Assembly: GCA_050261175.1 (NCBI GenBank)
Contig: JBLNDA010000100.1
Location: 1,858 to 65,857, forward strand
Direction: 5' to 3'
Length of the DNA stretch: 64,000 nucleotides
From: Clostridia bacterium
GTDB taxonomy: Bacteria; Bacillota; SHA-98; UBA4971
This document shows positions 45,320 through 55,481 of this stretch, piece after piece (within the stretch, counting starts at the first letter, position 1; each line of letters begins with the position of its first letter). The position numbers and the translations under genes are program-made. A model generated the notes under the pieces. The model made no database searches. It was not told where the DNA came from and worked only from the letters and a program-made list of their open reading frames with translations.

Positions 45320-48300
45320 TCACTTGCCTCCGTACACCATCGGCACTTCCGCGAGCTTGCCCGCGCTCACGTCGTAAGCCTGGAGGATCTCCTCCTGGGT
45401 CGTCCCTGCAGGGGCCAGCAGGTCGATGACATTCGGGTCTATCTCGGAGTCGTCGCCTCCGCCCAGACGCCACTCTTGAGCCGTGGACAGTACTTCCCGC
45501 ACCCGCAGGTTCCCCGGCGAAGGATAACCTTCCTGGCTCAGGATGAAGACCTGGTAGCCCCATCCTGGCTGCGGGTCGCCCAGGGCCGTCCTGGGGACCC
45601 TGATGGAGATGATCTTGTTGACCGGGTCCTGGCTCACTCTCACGCCGGCCTGGACCTCCTTGCCGTCGGCCGTGAATATCCTCTGGTTCCAACCTTCGAC
45701 CCAGATGGCATACTCCCACGCCGACTCCGGCGCGAAGGTCACGTGCCTTCCGCCGAGCGCCTCGGTCTTTCCCGACCCGGCTTTGCGGTCAGTGTCGATG
45801 TACACGTCGATGGTCTGAAGAGACACCCCCACAGGCGAGTTCCAGGGGTTCGTGATGTCTCCGGCGAGCCTCACCTGGAACACGATGTCGTCTCCCGCCT
45901 TGAGGACCTCAAAGGACAGCATGTCGAACACTCCGCGCTTGAAGACGGCGTTCAGAGGGTACGTGTACGCCCCCGGGCCGTGGTCGTCGCCGGCCGGGTC
46001 ATCCCGTCTGAAAAGAGTCTGTCCGGCGATGATTTCGGGCACCCTGACCTCGGCGGGTCCCTCGACCGGCAGCATGTCCACGTTCCTGCCGTTCTTGGAA
46101 GCCACCACCGCGAGGCTCACAGCATCCCCAGGCTGGAGCCCCACATCAGCGAACGGGACCTTTAGCTCAATGGTGCGGTCGGCGGCTGCGCCGGGAAGCT
46201 CTTTCACGTCAACCCACGTCTCGTCGCCGCCAGCGAACGCTAGGCGTGCCTTCGCGGGGCCCGGGCCTCCGAGGTCCTTGAAACTCACGAGCACCTCGGC
46301 ACCGGGCGCGAACCCGAGAGCGGTCGCGGCGCTTCCCTGGCCGCTTGACCTCGGAACGCTGTTCGCCTCCGCGCGCCTGGGGTTCGAAAGGTAAGCGGCC
46401 AGCGTGGCGTCGGTGCCCAGGAAATCCTTGAGGCCACCCCTCATATCGAAGCGCAGGTAGAGGCTTTCCGCATCGACCCCTACCCAGAGGGCTCTGAGGA
46501 TCATCTCCCCTCCGCCGCCCGGCATGGGAGCCGCCTCAGTCTTGAAGTACATGGCCGCAGGCGCCCACTCGCCCGGATCTATCTTGCCGTCAGGAGTCAC
46601 CTTCGCGAAGCCGCTCATCTGGACGTCGGGCTTGGCCGCCTCTTTCGGGACTATGGGCATGTACAGGTAAGCCGGAATCGCCTGCCCGATAGCTGAGTAT
46701 ACGTTCTGGAGGTGGGTCCTGAAGAGCTCGTCGAACGCGGCGTCGTTGCCGGAGTCTTGGTCGTCACCGTACCACCAGAACCAGTCGCTCCCCTCCGCGG
46801 CGTAGAGCTCATCCCACGCGAGGGCGACGGCCTCCTGCGCCGCCTCGTTCCCGGCGTTCTCCGACGTGTACTCCGCGAGGACATCGCGCGCTCTCGCCAG
46901 GTAATCCCATGCCTTGTTCTCTTCGGCCTCACCCACCCAGGTCTCCAGATTGTCAGAAATCCAGGAGCCCGTGTGCAGGACCGGGATTCTGTCCTTGGCG
47001 GGGTGAGCTTTCAGGTACTCTTCAACCGTCACGGCCTTGAAGCCGGGATCCGCGCTCAGCATCTTGTACAGGGAATGCAGGAATTCCTTCCCATCATTAT
47101 CGTAGTACTCCCAGCAGTTCTCGCCATCGAGCGCCACCGTCACCACGTGCGGCCCGGGCGTCCCCGCAAGGTCTCGCTTCACTTTACGCAGGTAATTCAT
47201 GAAATCGAGGGCTGCAGCGGCACCGTTCATACCGGAGTAGCTGAACCCTATCTTGTCCGAGAGCGCGATGTCGCGGAAGAGCACGACAACGGACCTGCCC
47301 TCCTCTTCGACTATATACGGCTTGTACAAGAGGTCAGGCCTGACGACGTTTCCCGAGCCGTCGCGGAGGCTCACGCCGAGAGACCTGGCGAGCACCCCCT
47401 CGCTGGACACCATCCACTGAAAGCCCGCGTCGCTGACGAGCCCCACGATGTCTTGTCCCACGGCCTGCTCGGAAGGCCACAGTCCGCGCGGTTTGCACCC
47501 GAAATGGTTCTCGTAGAACCGTACAGCCATGCCGAGCTGAGCTTCGACATCCCCGGCATGCGCGAACGCCCGGCTGGGCAGGTTCAGCTTCGGACTGGCC
47601 ACGCGGGCAAGCTCCACGTTGTACAAGAGCGGCATGATGGGATGGTAGAACGGGGTGGTAGTGACCTCGATCTGGCCGGAGTCCTGCATGGACCGGTACA
47701 GCGGGATCACCTGCCTCATGATCTGAACATGCTTCGCGAGCACCCGGCGCTTGTCTTCCTCCGTGAAACCCTGGCCCTTGTCAATCAACGCCTTCATCAG
47801 AGGATCGCCCTCTTTGAAGTCGGGATCGAGCCAAGCGAGGTTGAACCAGACCTGAAGATCCCTGTAGTCTCGGTCAGTGAAGATCTGGAGGGCGCGGGAG
47901 ATGCTCGCGTCGGTCACCGTCTCCCCGCGCTTCTGCAGAAGCTGCCAGTATCGCGGATGTCTCTTTATGATCTTGTCCCAATTGGCGTCGAAGAACCTCC
48001 TAAGGATGAACTCTCTCTCGTCGCGGGTGAGTTCCGAGGCGGGTTTCTCGGAGACGGCCTGCCAGACGTCCTTCGCACCCGCAGCGCACTCGTCGAGCTG
48101 AAAGATGAGAGACGGAACCAGGTTGAAGGTGCAGTGAACGCCGGGGTACTCCTTGAGAATGGAAACCATGTCGTAGTAGTCTTTGACCGCGTGCATCCTC
48201 ACCCAGGGCAACATGTACTTGCCGGTCGCGGGGTTCTTGTAGAAAGGCTGGTGGTTGTGCCAGATGAGGGCCACGTAGAGCGGCTCCTCCGCGCCCAGCG

Positions 48301-48379
48301 CGCGTCCGGGAGAACCCCAAATGACTCCCACGAGAAACGTCGCCACGATCACCGCTGTCAGGACCCGGTGTTGTCTCAC
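45320..48379 (-). CDS. secreted GH57-family amylopullulanase-type alpha-glucan hydrolase
   Basis: 1019 aa with a signal peptide. The GH57 N-terminal block is LYVALIWHNHQPFYKNP, and GWISDNLETW-type regions are present. It has a long beta-rich C-terminal extension. GTG start after AAGGGAGGGTGA. Confidence 0.75.
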   Translation of the reverse strand: MRQHRVLTAVIVATFLVGVIWGSPGRALGAEEPLYVALIWHNHQPFYKNPATGKYMLPWVRMHAVKDYYDMVSILKEYPGVHCTFNLVPSLIFQLDECAAGAKDVWQAVSEKPASELTRDEREFILRRFFDANWDKIIKRHPRYWQLLQKRGETVTDASISRALQIFTDRDYRDLQVWFNLAWLDPDFKEGDPLMKALIDKGQGFTEEDKRRVLAKHVQIMRQVIPLYRSMQDSGQIEVTTTPFYHPIMPLLYNVELARVASPKLNLPSRAFAHAGDVEAQLGMAVRFYENHFGCKPRGLWPSEQAVGQDIVGLVSDAGFQWMVSSEGVLARSLGVSLRDGSGNVVRPDLLYKPYIVEEEGRSVVVLFRDIALSDKIGFSYSGMNGAAAALDFMNYLRKVKRDLAGTPGPHVVTVALDGENCWEYYDNDGKEFLHSLYKMLSADPGFKAVTVEEYLKAHPAKDRIPVLHTGSWISDNLETWVGEAEENKAWDYLARARDVLAEYTSENAGNEAAQEAVALAWDELYAAEGSDWFWWYGDDQDSGNDAAFDELFRTHLQNVYSAIGQAIPAYLYMPIVPKEAAKPDVQMSGFAKVTPDGKIDPGEWAPAAMYFKTEAAPMPGGGGEMILRALWVGVDAESLYLRFDMRGGLKDFLGTDATLAAYLSNPRRAEANSVPRSSGQGSAATALGFAPGAEVLVSFKDLGGPGPAKARLAFAGGDETWVDVKELPGAAADRTIELKVPFADVGLQPGDAVSLAVVASKNGRNVDMLPVEGPAEVRVPEIIAGQTLFRRDDPAGDDHGPGAYTYPLNAVFKRGVFDMLSFEVLKAGDDIVFQVRLAGDITNPWNSPVGVSLQTIDVYIDTDRKAGSGKTEALGGRHVTFAPESAWEYAIWVEGWNQRIFTADGKEVQAGVRVSQDPVNKIISIRVPRTALGDPQPGWGYQVFILSQEGYPSPGNLRVREVLSTAQEWRLGGGDDSEIDPNVIDLLAPAGTTQEEILQAYDVSAGKLAEVPMVYGGK

Positions 48380-48414
48380 GCAGGTTCACCCTCCCTTGAT
48401 CTCTTTCCGTGTCT

Positions 48415-48447
48415 GTGCGCGCCCCCTTGGAAACTTTGGGCGCGCAC
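48415..48447 (-). other. perfect 10-bp GC hairpin in the GH57 5' UTR
   Basis: GTGCGCGCCC (48415-48424) and GGGCGCGCAC (48438-48447) with a 13-nt loop. It lies 36 nt upstream of the GH57 start codon. Confidence 0.5.
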
Positions 48448-48554
48448 GGGATGTGCCTCAATTCGGCGCGAATCCGCCAAGCGGCAGGATGCCCGAGCCG
48501 CGCCCGTCGGGAGTCGCCGAACCACGTCCGGGACCGGACGCCCGCACTCAACGT

Positions 48555-48570
48555 GCTATAACGTTGTAGC
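48555..48570. promoter_or_regulatory. 16-bp LacI/CcpA-type palindrome GCTATAACGTTGTAGC upstream of GH57-GH13
   Basis: 14 of 16 positions are palindromic with a central CG, ~180 nt upstream of the GH57 start. It resembles MalR/cre-type operators. Confidence 0.4.
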
Positions 48571-48846
48571 GCACGACGACAACGCTGCCGGTCTGCTGTG
48601 TCCCACTTGCCGGCTCACGACGCCCCGGTTCGTGGCCGTCAATCAGAGAAGACCCCGACGACCATGCCCATCGCCAAGCGGGCACCCGGCGGGATCCAAC
48701 AGGCCAGCCCCAGGCACCGCCTCACCGCTGCGCCGTGCCACGTTGAACCCAGCCGGGCTCTCATGGCCCTGTGTCTGATGACCGGCCTCTCGACGGTCCG
48801 CGCACAACCACACAGCCCGACCCCCGCAGGTGGTCACGGGGCAGTC

Positions 48847-50136
48847 TCACGGCAACGAGGCGGTCCGGATGACCTCGGAATAGAGTCTCGCGCTTGGGCG
48901 TATCGTTCTCGCCTGGGTCTTGTAGTCCACCGCCACGAGCCCGAACCTGGGCGTGAACCCCTCTTTCCACTCGAAGTTGTCTATGAGGGACCAGTGGAAA
49001 TAGCCGCGCACGTCCACTCCATCGGCCATTGCCCGGGCCACCTCGCGAAGGTGTGAGAGGATGAAGCGCTCCCTCTGTCTGTCATCAGTGGTCGATATGC
49101 CGTTTTCTGTGATATACACGGGCAGCCCATATCTCTTCACACGCATGAGGATTCGGTATATCCCCTCGGGGTAGATCTCCCATCCGAGGCTGTTCTTCTC
49201 GGCATCCTCCTTCACAGACATGTCCATGAAGAGCATCCGGGGCTTCTGCAGTCTGAAAGAGGCCAGGGTGCGCGAGTAGTAGTTCACGCCGATGAAGTCC
49301 TGGGTTCTTGCGACCTTCGGGTCCGACTCTCGCAATACCATGGGGAAATCCAGGACTCCGGTGGCAAGGGCATCGAGGAAGGACCTATTGAACACGCGGT
49401 CGAGTTTCCCTGCGACCATCCTATCGAACTTGTTTCCGGGGTTCTTGGGATCGAACACCATCATGTTCTTGGCAATGCCCACCATGGGACGCCGACCCCG
49501 TGCCCCAAGCACGTCATGGATGGCATGGTATGCGCGACCGTGGGCTTTCGCAAGGTTCTTCGCCACGCGAAATGCAAGCACGATGGATTTCCTCTCAGGC
49601 GGCCACAAACCGAGCAGATAACCATGCGTGGCGTATACCATCGGCTCGTTGATGGTGACCCAGAAGTCCACGAGATCTCCCAGCTGCTCCGCCACGTGGC
49701 GGGAGTACCTCTCGAACAGCCCCACCACTTCCGGACGCAACCAGCCGCCCTTCGCCCCGAGCCACCTGGGGTTCGTGAAGTGGTGGAGGGTCACCATGGT
49801 CGCCATGCCGAACGACTTCAACGTGCCCAGGACGTCGCGGTAATGTTCGAAGGCGCACCGGTCAAAGCGGCCCTCGTCAGGCTCTATCCTGCTCCATTCC
49901 AGCGACAGCCGGTGGGCGTTGTGCCCGAGGTCGCGCGCGAGCGCGAAGTCCTGCCGGTACCTGTTGTACTGGTCACACGCGTCGCCCGACTTGTCGCCGT
50001 GGGCGACCTTACCGGGCAACTGCTCCCAGTCCCACCAGTCATTGTTCACGTTGTTCCCCTCGACTTGGTGGGACGATGTCGCCGCACCCCACAAGAACCC
50101 TTCGGGGAACAGCCTCCCCCCGACCCCGTCGCCCAT
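48847..50136 (-). CDS. GH1 beta-glucosidase
   Basis: FLWGAATSSHQVEG, the acid/base motif TINEP and the nucleophile motif YITENG. Start moved to ATG 50134-50136, after GGGAGGGGG. Confidence 0.9.
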   Translation of the reverse strand: MGDGVGGRLFPEGFLWGAATSSHQVEGNNVNNDWWDWEQLPGKVAHGDKSGDACDQYNRYRQDFALARDLGHNAHRLSLEWSRIEPDEGRFDRCAFEHYRDVLGTLKSFGMATMVTLHHFTNPRWLGAKGGWLRPEVVGLFERYSRHVAEQLGDLVDFWVTINEPMVYATHGYLLGLWPPERKSIVLAFRVAKNLAKAHGRAYHAIHDVLGARGRRPMVGIAKNMMVFDPKNPGNKFDRMVAGKLDRVFNRSFLDALATGVLDFPMVLRESDPKVARTQDFIGVNYYSRTLASFRLQKPRMLFMDMSVKEDAEKNSLGWEIYPEGIYRILMRVKRYGLPVYITENGISTTDDRQRERFILSHLREVARAMADGVDVRGYFHWSLIDNFEWKEGFTPRFGLVAVDYKTQARTIRPSARLYSEVIRTASLP

Positions 50137-50360
50137 GTCGTTCCCCCTCCCGCTCCCCTCTTCACTTCTCCGGCACCTGTTGCACACACGCAAGTCTCGA
50201 GCCCAGCTTCAAGTGCCACCCACAGGCCGCACTCACAAGCCAGGTCTCGCGTCCGGCCTGCGCCGCCGGGGCAACGCCCCAGCCTCGCTTACGCGAAGGA
50301 ATGTCCGCCTGGGGACGGGTCCCGGCCGCCAGCACCTGGGATGGCCCGGACCTTCCCGGC

Positions 50361-50417
50361 CCTAGCCACGGCCCGAGCCCCGGCCCAGGCCGAGGCTGGG
50401 CCGGGGCCGGCGCTAGG
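50361..50417. repeat. nested GC-rich palindrome in the 5'-nucleotidase/GH1 spacer
   Basis: The inner perfect 11-bp repeat is GCCCCGGCCCA (50377-50387) and TGGGCCGGGGC (50397-50407). The outer arms are CCTAGC (50361-50366) and GCTAGG (50412-50417). It is embedded in GGCC-rich low-complexity sequence. Confidence 0.55.
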
Positions 50418-50499
50418 ATTGAGGCCGGGGCCGGGACCTTGTCCCCTCCACGTCCGCAGTCACGTCGCCTCCACCCTCACGGAGCGCCGGAAGGACGCT

Positions 50500-52044
50500 C
50501 TACTTCACCACTATCCTTCCCTCGACCCCGGGCGAGACTGTGCCCGTCTTCGCTATGTACCGGGCCATCACGTCGCGCAGCATTTCGCCGGAGGAGAACA
50601 GCACCTTCGCACCTTTGAGCATCTCGTAGCCGTCTCCGCCGGCAGCCATGAAGTCGTTGGTGGCCACCTTATAGAGCTTGTTCGGATCGAGAGGAACGCC
50701 CGCGACCTTCACCGAGGTCACGCGCCCACCCGCCGGTCTGGATGGATCGAACTCGAACTCCACTCCTGAGACCTGCAGAAATGCGCCGAGCTCCTTGGGG
50801 TACTCGCTCACGGCCCGCTCCAACGCGGCCTTGACGTTCGCCCCGCTGACTTCGAGCACTACAAGGGTGTTGTCGAACGGCAGGGTGGTGAAGATTTCGC
50901 CGACGCTGATGGGCCCCTTGTCTATGGACGCCCGGATCCCGCCGCCGTTCGCGAGGGCGATGTCGGCTTGCCCGGCGTCGCGCATCATGTCCGCGACAAG
51001 GTTGCCCAGGTTGGTCTCACGCGTGCGCACGTGCCCACGCTCGCCGTCGAGCGTCACCTGGGACTCGCCCACGACGGCCGAGAGTCTCTCTTCGAGCTGC
51101 TTCTGGTAGGCGGCGACGATTGCCCCCACCTCGGCATCTTCACCCACGCCCGCGGCCACGGGAACGAGCCCTCCGGAGAATGCTGCGACCTTGCCGTTCT
51201 CAACGGTGATGTCGAGCTTTCCGAGATCCTTCGCGTATTCGCCGGCTGAGACTATGATCGTGCCTCCGACTTTCTCGGGCTTCTCGAGCCGCGTGTGGCT
51301 GTGCCCGCCCACGATCACGTCTATGCCCGGCACGGCGGCGGCAAGCTTCTTGTCTTCTTCATATCCGATATGGGTGAGGGCGATGACGACGTCGACCCCC
51401 TCCTGCTCGCGCAGGAACGGCACCATCCAGCTAGCCACCCTGATGGGGTCCACGAACTCGAGGCCTACGACGTTCTTCGGATGAGTGGACGTGTACGTGT
51501 CGAGCGGGGACAGGCCGAAGATGCCGACGCGGATACCACCCACTGTGACGATGAGAACCCCGGGAAGGAGCGCACGCCCGTCGTCCACCTTGATAGTGTT
51601 GGCCGACAGGAACGGGAAGTCGGCCTCATTGGCCCTCTCGAGGAGCACCGGCTGGCCGTAGTTGAACTCGTGGTTGCCGACGGCCATTGCCTCGACGCCG
51701 ACCGCCTCCATGACCTCCACCATCGACTTCCCCTCGAAGAGGTTGATGATGTTGGTGCCGTGAATGGAGTCGCCTGCGTTGAGGATGAGGACGTCCTTGC
51801 CCTCCTTCGCCACGATGTCTTCCACGAGAGTCGCCAGCTTGATCATGCCTCCGACAGGCTCGTTCGCGCCGGACGGCTTGAACGCTTCAACTCTCCCGTG
51901 AACGTCGTTGGTGTACAGGATGACGATACGGCCGCTCACAGGTGCCGCCGCCGCAGACAGGACACAGAACGCCGAAAGGAGGAACACAAGCAGCCCCACG
52001 CCCAGAATCCTCTTGGAACGCAATGACAACGAAGCCATCAGCAC
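50500..52044 (-). CDS. secreted bifunctional metallophosphatase / 5'-nucleotidase (UshA-type)
   Basis: Signal peptide present. Calcineurin-like motifs YTNDVHG, NAGDSIHG, GNHEFN and GGHSH, plus a C-terminal 5'-nucleotidase domain (NDFMAAGGDGY). Confidence 0.85.
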   Translation of the reverse strand: MLMASLSLRSKRILGVGLLVFLLSAFCVLSAAAAPVSGRIVILYTNDVHGRVEAFKPSGANEPVGGMIKLATLVEDIVAKEGKDVLILNAGDSIHGTNIINLFEGKSMVEVMEAVGVEAMAVGNHEFNYGQPVLLERANEADFPFLSANTIKVDDGRALLPGVLIVTVGGIRVGIFGLSPLDTYTSTHPKNVVGLEFVDPIRVASWMVPFLREQEGVDVVIALTHIGYEEDKKLAAAVPGIDVIVGGHSHTRLEKPEKVGGTIIVSAGEYAKDLGKLDITVENGKVAAFSGGLVPVAAGVGEDAEVGAIVAAYQKQLEERLSAVVGESQVTLDGERGHVRTRETNLGNLVADMMRDAGQADIALANGGGIRASIDKGPISVGEIFTTLPFDNTLVVLEVSGANVKAALERAVSEYPKELGAFLQVSGVEFEFDPSRPAGGRVTSVKVAGVPLDPNKLYKVATNDFMAAGGDGYEMLKGAKVLFSSGEMLRDVMARYIAKTGTVSPGVEGRIVVK

Positions 52045-52229
52045 CCCTCCTGTGCAAGTAATGGAAAGCTTCCTCTCAATGTAATTCTGCGCCGGAATGC
52101 TTTCCCCTGCCGTCGGTTCGGTGAACTTTGGGTCCGGTCACCGGCCGCACCGACCACTAGGGGGGACGTGAGGATCAGGCTTGCCCGGGGATGTGTGAGA
52201 CGGGTAAGGAGAGTGGAGCTGAAAGAAGA

Positions 52230-52307
<78 letters not shown>

Positions 52308-52363
52308 AATTCAAACCATGCGTGACACCTTTTCAAATCTACATTCTACAGCAAGTGCCGTCG

Positions 52364-52405
52364 AAAGTCAAAGGCGAGCCGGGACTCCGGACGTCCCGGC
52401 TCGCC
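52364..52405 (-). terminator. rho-independent terminator after rdgB
   Basis: Minus strand reads GGCGAGCCGGGA-CGUCCGGAG-UCCCGGCUCGCC followed by UUUGACUUU, 57 nt after the rdgB stop. Confidence 0.75.
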
Positions 52406-52461
52406 TCGCCTCGCTCGGAACCTTTCCCGGCCATGCCTCGCCGCAGCGCCCGGGCCAGGTC

Positions 52462-53127
52462 TCACCTTGCGTCTCCAGGTCCCTGCCGGGCCGTTTCCAG
52501 CGCGTCCAGGCCGATGAGGTCGCGCACAGCGGGCATGGCAGCCTTCAGGGCTCTCGCCCTGTGGCTGATGTGGTTCTTCACGCTGGAGCCGAGTTCCGCG
52601 AAGGTCTCGTCGTAACCATCGGGGACGAACACTGGGTCGTACCCGAACCCGCCGGAGCCACGAGGCTCGAAGACTATGGAGCCTTCGCACCTACCCTCGG
52701 CGGTCCGCAGCCGGCCAGCGGGGGACGCTACGGCCACAGCGCACCGGAAGCGCGCGGTCCGCCGAGGAGCCGGCACGCCTTCGAGGAGCGAGAGCAGCTT
52801 CTCGCAGTTGGCTTTGTCGCGGGACACCCCTGCCGGGAGGGCCTCCCCTGCGAACCTCGCCGACCTCACCCCCGGAGCGCCTCCGAGGGCGTCGACTTCG
52901 AGCCCTGAATCATCGGCGAGCGCCACCTCACCCGTGGCTCTCGATACGGCGAGGGCTTTCTTCGTCGCGTTCTCCTCGAATGTCACCCCATCCTCCTCGA
53001 CGTCGTCGAGCCAGGGGAAATCGGCGCACGAAAGGACCTCCACGGCGCCAAGCCCGCTTGCCCGCAGGATCTCGCGCATCTCCTCGACTTTTCCGGGGTT
53101 CTTCGTGGCAAGGACGAGCCGGGGCAT
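52462..53127 (-). CDS. rdgB: non-canonical purine NTP (dITP/XTP) pyrophosphatase
   Basis: LVLATKNPGKVEEM, ENATKKA, FGYDPVF and SHRARA motifs. Start at ATG 53125-53127, adjacent to the rph stop at 53129-53131. Confidence 0.9.
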   Translation of the reverse strand: MPRLVLATKNPGKVEEMREILRASGLGAVEVLSCADFPWLDDVEEDGVTFEENATKKALAVSRATGEVALADDSGLEVDALGGAPGVRSARFAGEALPAGVSRDKANCEKLLSLLEGVPAPRRTARFRCAVAVASPAGRLRTAEGRCEGSIVFEPRGSGGFGYDPVFVPDGYDETFAELGSSVKNHISHRARALKAAMPAVRDLIGLDALETARQGPGDAR

Positions 53128-53128
53128 G

Positions 53129-53911
53129 TCAGCGGCCCACCTTCCCCGCCAGGTCCCCGAGGGCGTCCCGCTGGATGGCGACCAGCATGTCGATGCCACC
53201 CCTGGCGAGCTTCAGCATCCGGTCCAGGTCCGCTCTGGAAAACGGGCTGCCCTCGGCGGTCCCCTGGATCTCCACCAACTTGCCGCCCCCTGTCATCACG
53301 ACGTTCATGTCGACGCCCGCGCGGGAGTCCTCGTCGAAGGAGAGGTCCATGACAAGCTCGCCGTCGACGATGCCGACGCTTGTGGCAGCGATGAAGTCTT
53401 TCACCGGAAAGGGCCCGGGCAGCGATTCTCCGGCGCTGGCTCTCGCTTCGTCGCACGCGGAGTCGCTGCTGCCGCACGTCAGGAGAGAAAGAGCCTCCAC
53501 GAGAGCTACGAAAGAGCCTGTAATAGCGGCGGTGCGAGTGCCGCCGTCCGCCTGGATCACGTCGCAATCGATCCACACCGTGCGCTCACCGAGTGTTTCC
53601 AGGTCCACAACGGCCCGCAGCGCCCGCCCTATCAGCCTCTGGATCTCGTAGGTCCTGCCCGACCTGCCCTTCGTGGCCTCCCGCGGGTTTCGCTCGCTGG
53701 TGGCTCTGGGCAGCATTCCGTACTCGGCGGTCACCCAGCCTTTGCCCTGCCCTTTCAGAAACTGGGGCACCCGATCCTCGAGAGTGGCCGTACACACGAC
53801 CCGCGTGTCGCCGACCTCTATGAGCACCGAGCCCTCAGCGTACTTCATGTATCCCCGCGTGATCTTGACCGGACGGATCTCGTTGTTGGCCCTACCGTCT
53901 CGCCTCGGCAC
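53129..53911 (-). CDS. rph: ribonuclease PH
   Basis: [37 protein letters not shown] and [19 protein letters not shown] are diagnostic. Confidence 0.9.
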   Translation of the reverse strand: MPRRDGRANNEIRPVKITRGYMKYAEGSVLIEVGDTRVVCTATLEDRVPQFLKGQGKGWVTAEYGMLPRATSERNPREATKGRSGRTYEIQRLIGRALRAVVDLETLGERTVWIDCDVIQADGGTRTAAITGSFVALVEALSLLTCGSSDSACDEARASAGESLPGPFPVKDFIAATSVGIVDGELVMDLSFDEDSRAGVDMNVVMTGGGKLVEIQGTAEGSPFSRADLDRMLKLARGGIDMLVAIQRDALGDLAGKVGR

Positions 53912-53984
53912 GTCGCGACCGCCTCCTTCGACCTTCCTTCAAACTCGCCTTTGCCGCGCCCCCGCCAGACCGGGCTCGAGTGAG

Positions 53985-54854
53985 TCAGCCCGGCTTGGTC
54001 AGGCTTTCCTGCGGGTCGACCTTGGCGACTCGCGGCAACCGGTTCCCCAGTAGTTTCTCCGCAACGCGGGCGAATCCTCCAGGATCACCGCTGACAGCGA
54101 ACTCGTCAGGCCCAGTCCTGGCGGGGCTCGCAAGATCGAGATCATAGAGAAGAGCCGACGCCGCTTCCACGGTCTCTCCGGCAGGGTCCACGACGGCGAC
54201 GTCTGGACCCACGATCCGCCTGATCTCATCTTCGAGGAAGGGATAGTGAGTGCAGCCGAGCACAAGCGTGTCGATGCCCAGCTCCAAGAGGGGGGCAAGA
54301 TAGTCCCGGAGGGCCTTCCAAGCTTCCGGCGAGTGAGCCCGCCCAGCTTCGATGAAGGGGACCAGCAGCGGACACCCTTTGGTGAACACGGCCGCCTCGG
54401 GCATCAGCTCCCTTATTGCCCGCTCGTACGCACCGCTTCTCGCCGTTCCTTCCGTGGCGATGACCCCGATCCTGCCGGTGCGCGTCGCCTTGGCCGCGGA
54501 GCGAGCGCCGGGCCTCAGCACCCCCACGAGGGGCAGGTCGAACGAGCGCTCCACTGTGTCTAGAGCGAGGGCGGACGTGGTGTTGCACGCAACGATGACT
54601 AGCTTTGCCCCGAGTTTCTGAAGGTGAGAGATGATCTCTCTCGCGAAAACCTGTATCTCAGTGGCGGGCCTTCCACCGTAGGGCACTCTCGCCGTGTCGC
54701 CGAAGTAAAGGATGCGTTCGTTCGGAAGCTGGCGCCACACCTCGCGCACCACGGTGAGGCCCCCCACGCCGGAATCGAACACGCCGATCGGCCTTCCGTC
54801 CACCGTGGTCGCCTCCCACACAATGCTGCGATGCTTATTATATGCATACTCCAA
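53985..54854 (-). CDS. murI: glutamate racemase
   Basis: IGVFDSGVGGLTV, VIVACNTTSA and LVLGCTHYP, which carry the two catalytic Cys motifs. Confidence 0.9.
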   Translation of the reverse strand: MEYAYNKHRSIVWEATTVDGRPIGVFDSGVGGLTVVREVWRQLPNERILYFGDTARVPYGGRPATEIQVFAREIISHLQKLGAKLVIVACNTTSALALDTVERSFDLPLVGVLRPGARSAAKATRTGRIGVIATEGTARSGAYERAIRELMPEAAVFTKGCPLLVPFIEAGRAHSPEAWKALRDYLAPLLELGIDTLVLGCTHYPFLEDEIRRIVGPDVAVVDPAGETVEAASALLYDLDLASPARTGPDEFAVSGDPGGFARVAEKLLGNRLPRVAKVDPQESLTKPG

Positions 54855-55028
54855 CCGTCACCGCAACACGGGTGCGCACCATGTCGACCGGAAGGTGCCG
54901 TCTCGTGACGCAGTCACAGGCGAGGCCTCGCAGCCGCGGGGAGCGAGGGAACGGACCAGGACGGCGGCGTACCAGGGGGACCCGGCGTCATCTCGGCGTT
55001 TACGGAGCCAGGGATCGCGCCGCGCCGG

Positions 55029-55481
55029 TCACTTCGCCGGCTTGTCCGGGGGGTCTGCCGGACGCTCCGCCGCCTTCTCGTTCTTCGCGCGGCCATCCAG
55101 CCGGTAGCCAGAGGAGAGCACGGTTTCCGCTATCTTGGTGATGAGCTGCACCTGCTCGGGCGATGCCCCCGCGACTAGGGTGAGGAGGTCTTCCACTGGG
55201 GATTCGTCGTCCCCGACAGACTTCACCAGAAGCGCCGGGTCGACCTGGAGGGCCTTGGCGATTGCGTCGAGGGTCTTGACAGACGGGGTTCTCTGGCCCC
55301 TTTCGAGCTGTCCTATATAGCTGACGTGCAGGCCGGCGAGTTCTCCGAGCTCTTCTTGGGTCATGCGTCTCAGGCGGCGAAGTCTCCTGATGCGACCGCC
55401 CGTGTGCTCGAAACCTCCATCCAACCGGCTCACCTCAAACATCATATTACCGGCACGACCAGGGGAAGTGAAGAAGCGCAC
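55029..55481 (-). CDS. XRE-family helix-turn-helix transcriptional regulator
   Basis: MTQEELGELAGLHVSYIGQLERGQRTPSVKTLDAIAKAL. The true start is probably an internal Met (MMFEV...). Confidence 0.75.
   Translation of the reverse strand: MRFFTSPGRAGNMMFEVSRLDGGFEHTGGRIRRLRRLRRMTQEELGELAGLHVSYIGQLERGQRTPSVKTLDAIAKALQVDPALLVKSVGDDESPVEDLLTLVAGASPEQVQLITKIAETVLSSGYRLDGRAKNEKAAERPADPPDKPAK

Noticed and set aside
45165-45719. N-terminal 185-aa extension of the GH13 ORF (the track calls 828 aa). Similar N-terminal extensions appear on trpS, nudF, spoVAC, rdgB, the activase and the amidase.
   Set aside because: The extensions overlap the upstream gene or are Arg/Gly/Pro-rich. Internal starts with good Shine-Dalgarno sequences give family-typical lengths.
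46712-48778. A 688-aa plus-strand ORF. Similar long plus-strand ORFs occur elsewhere, e.g. 59047-61209 (720 aa), 14478-15800, 44019-45203 and 52676-53983.
   Set aside because: Each lies antisense to a minus-strand gene with clear family motifs. Their translations are Arg/Pro/Gly/His-rich low-complexity strings without recognisable domains. This is the expected stop-codon-poor antisense artefact of high-GC DNA.
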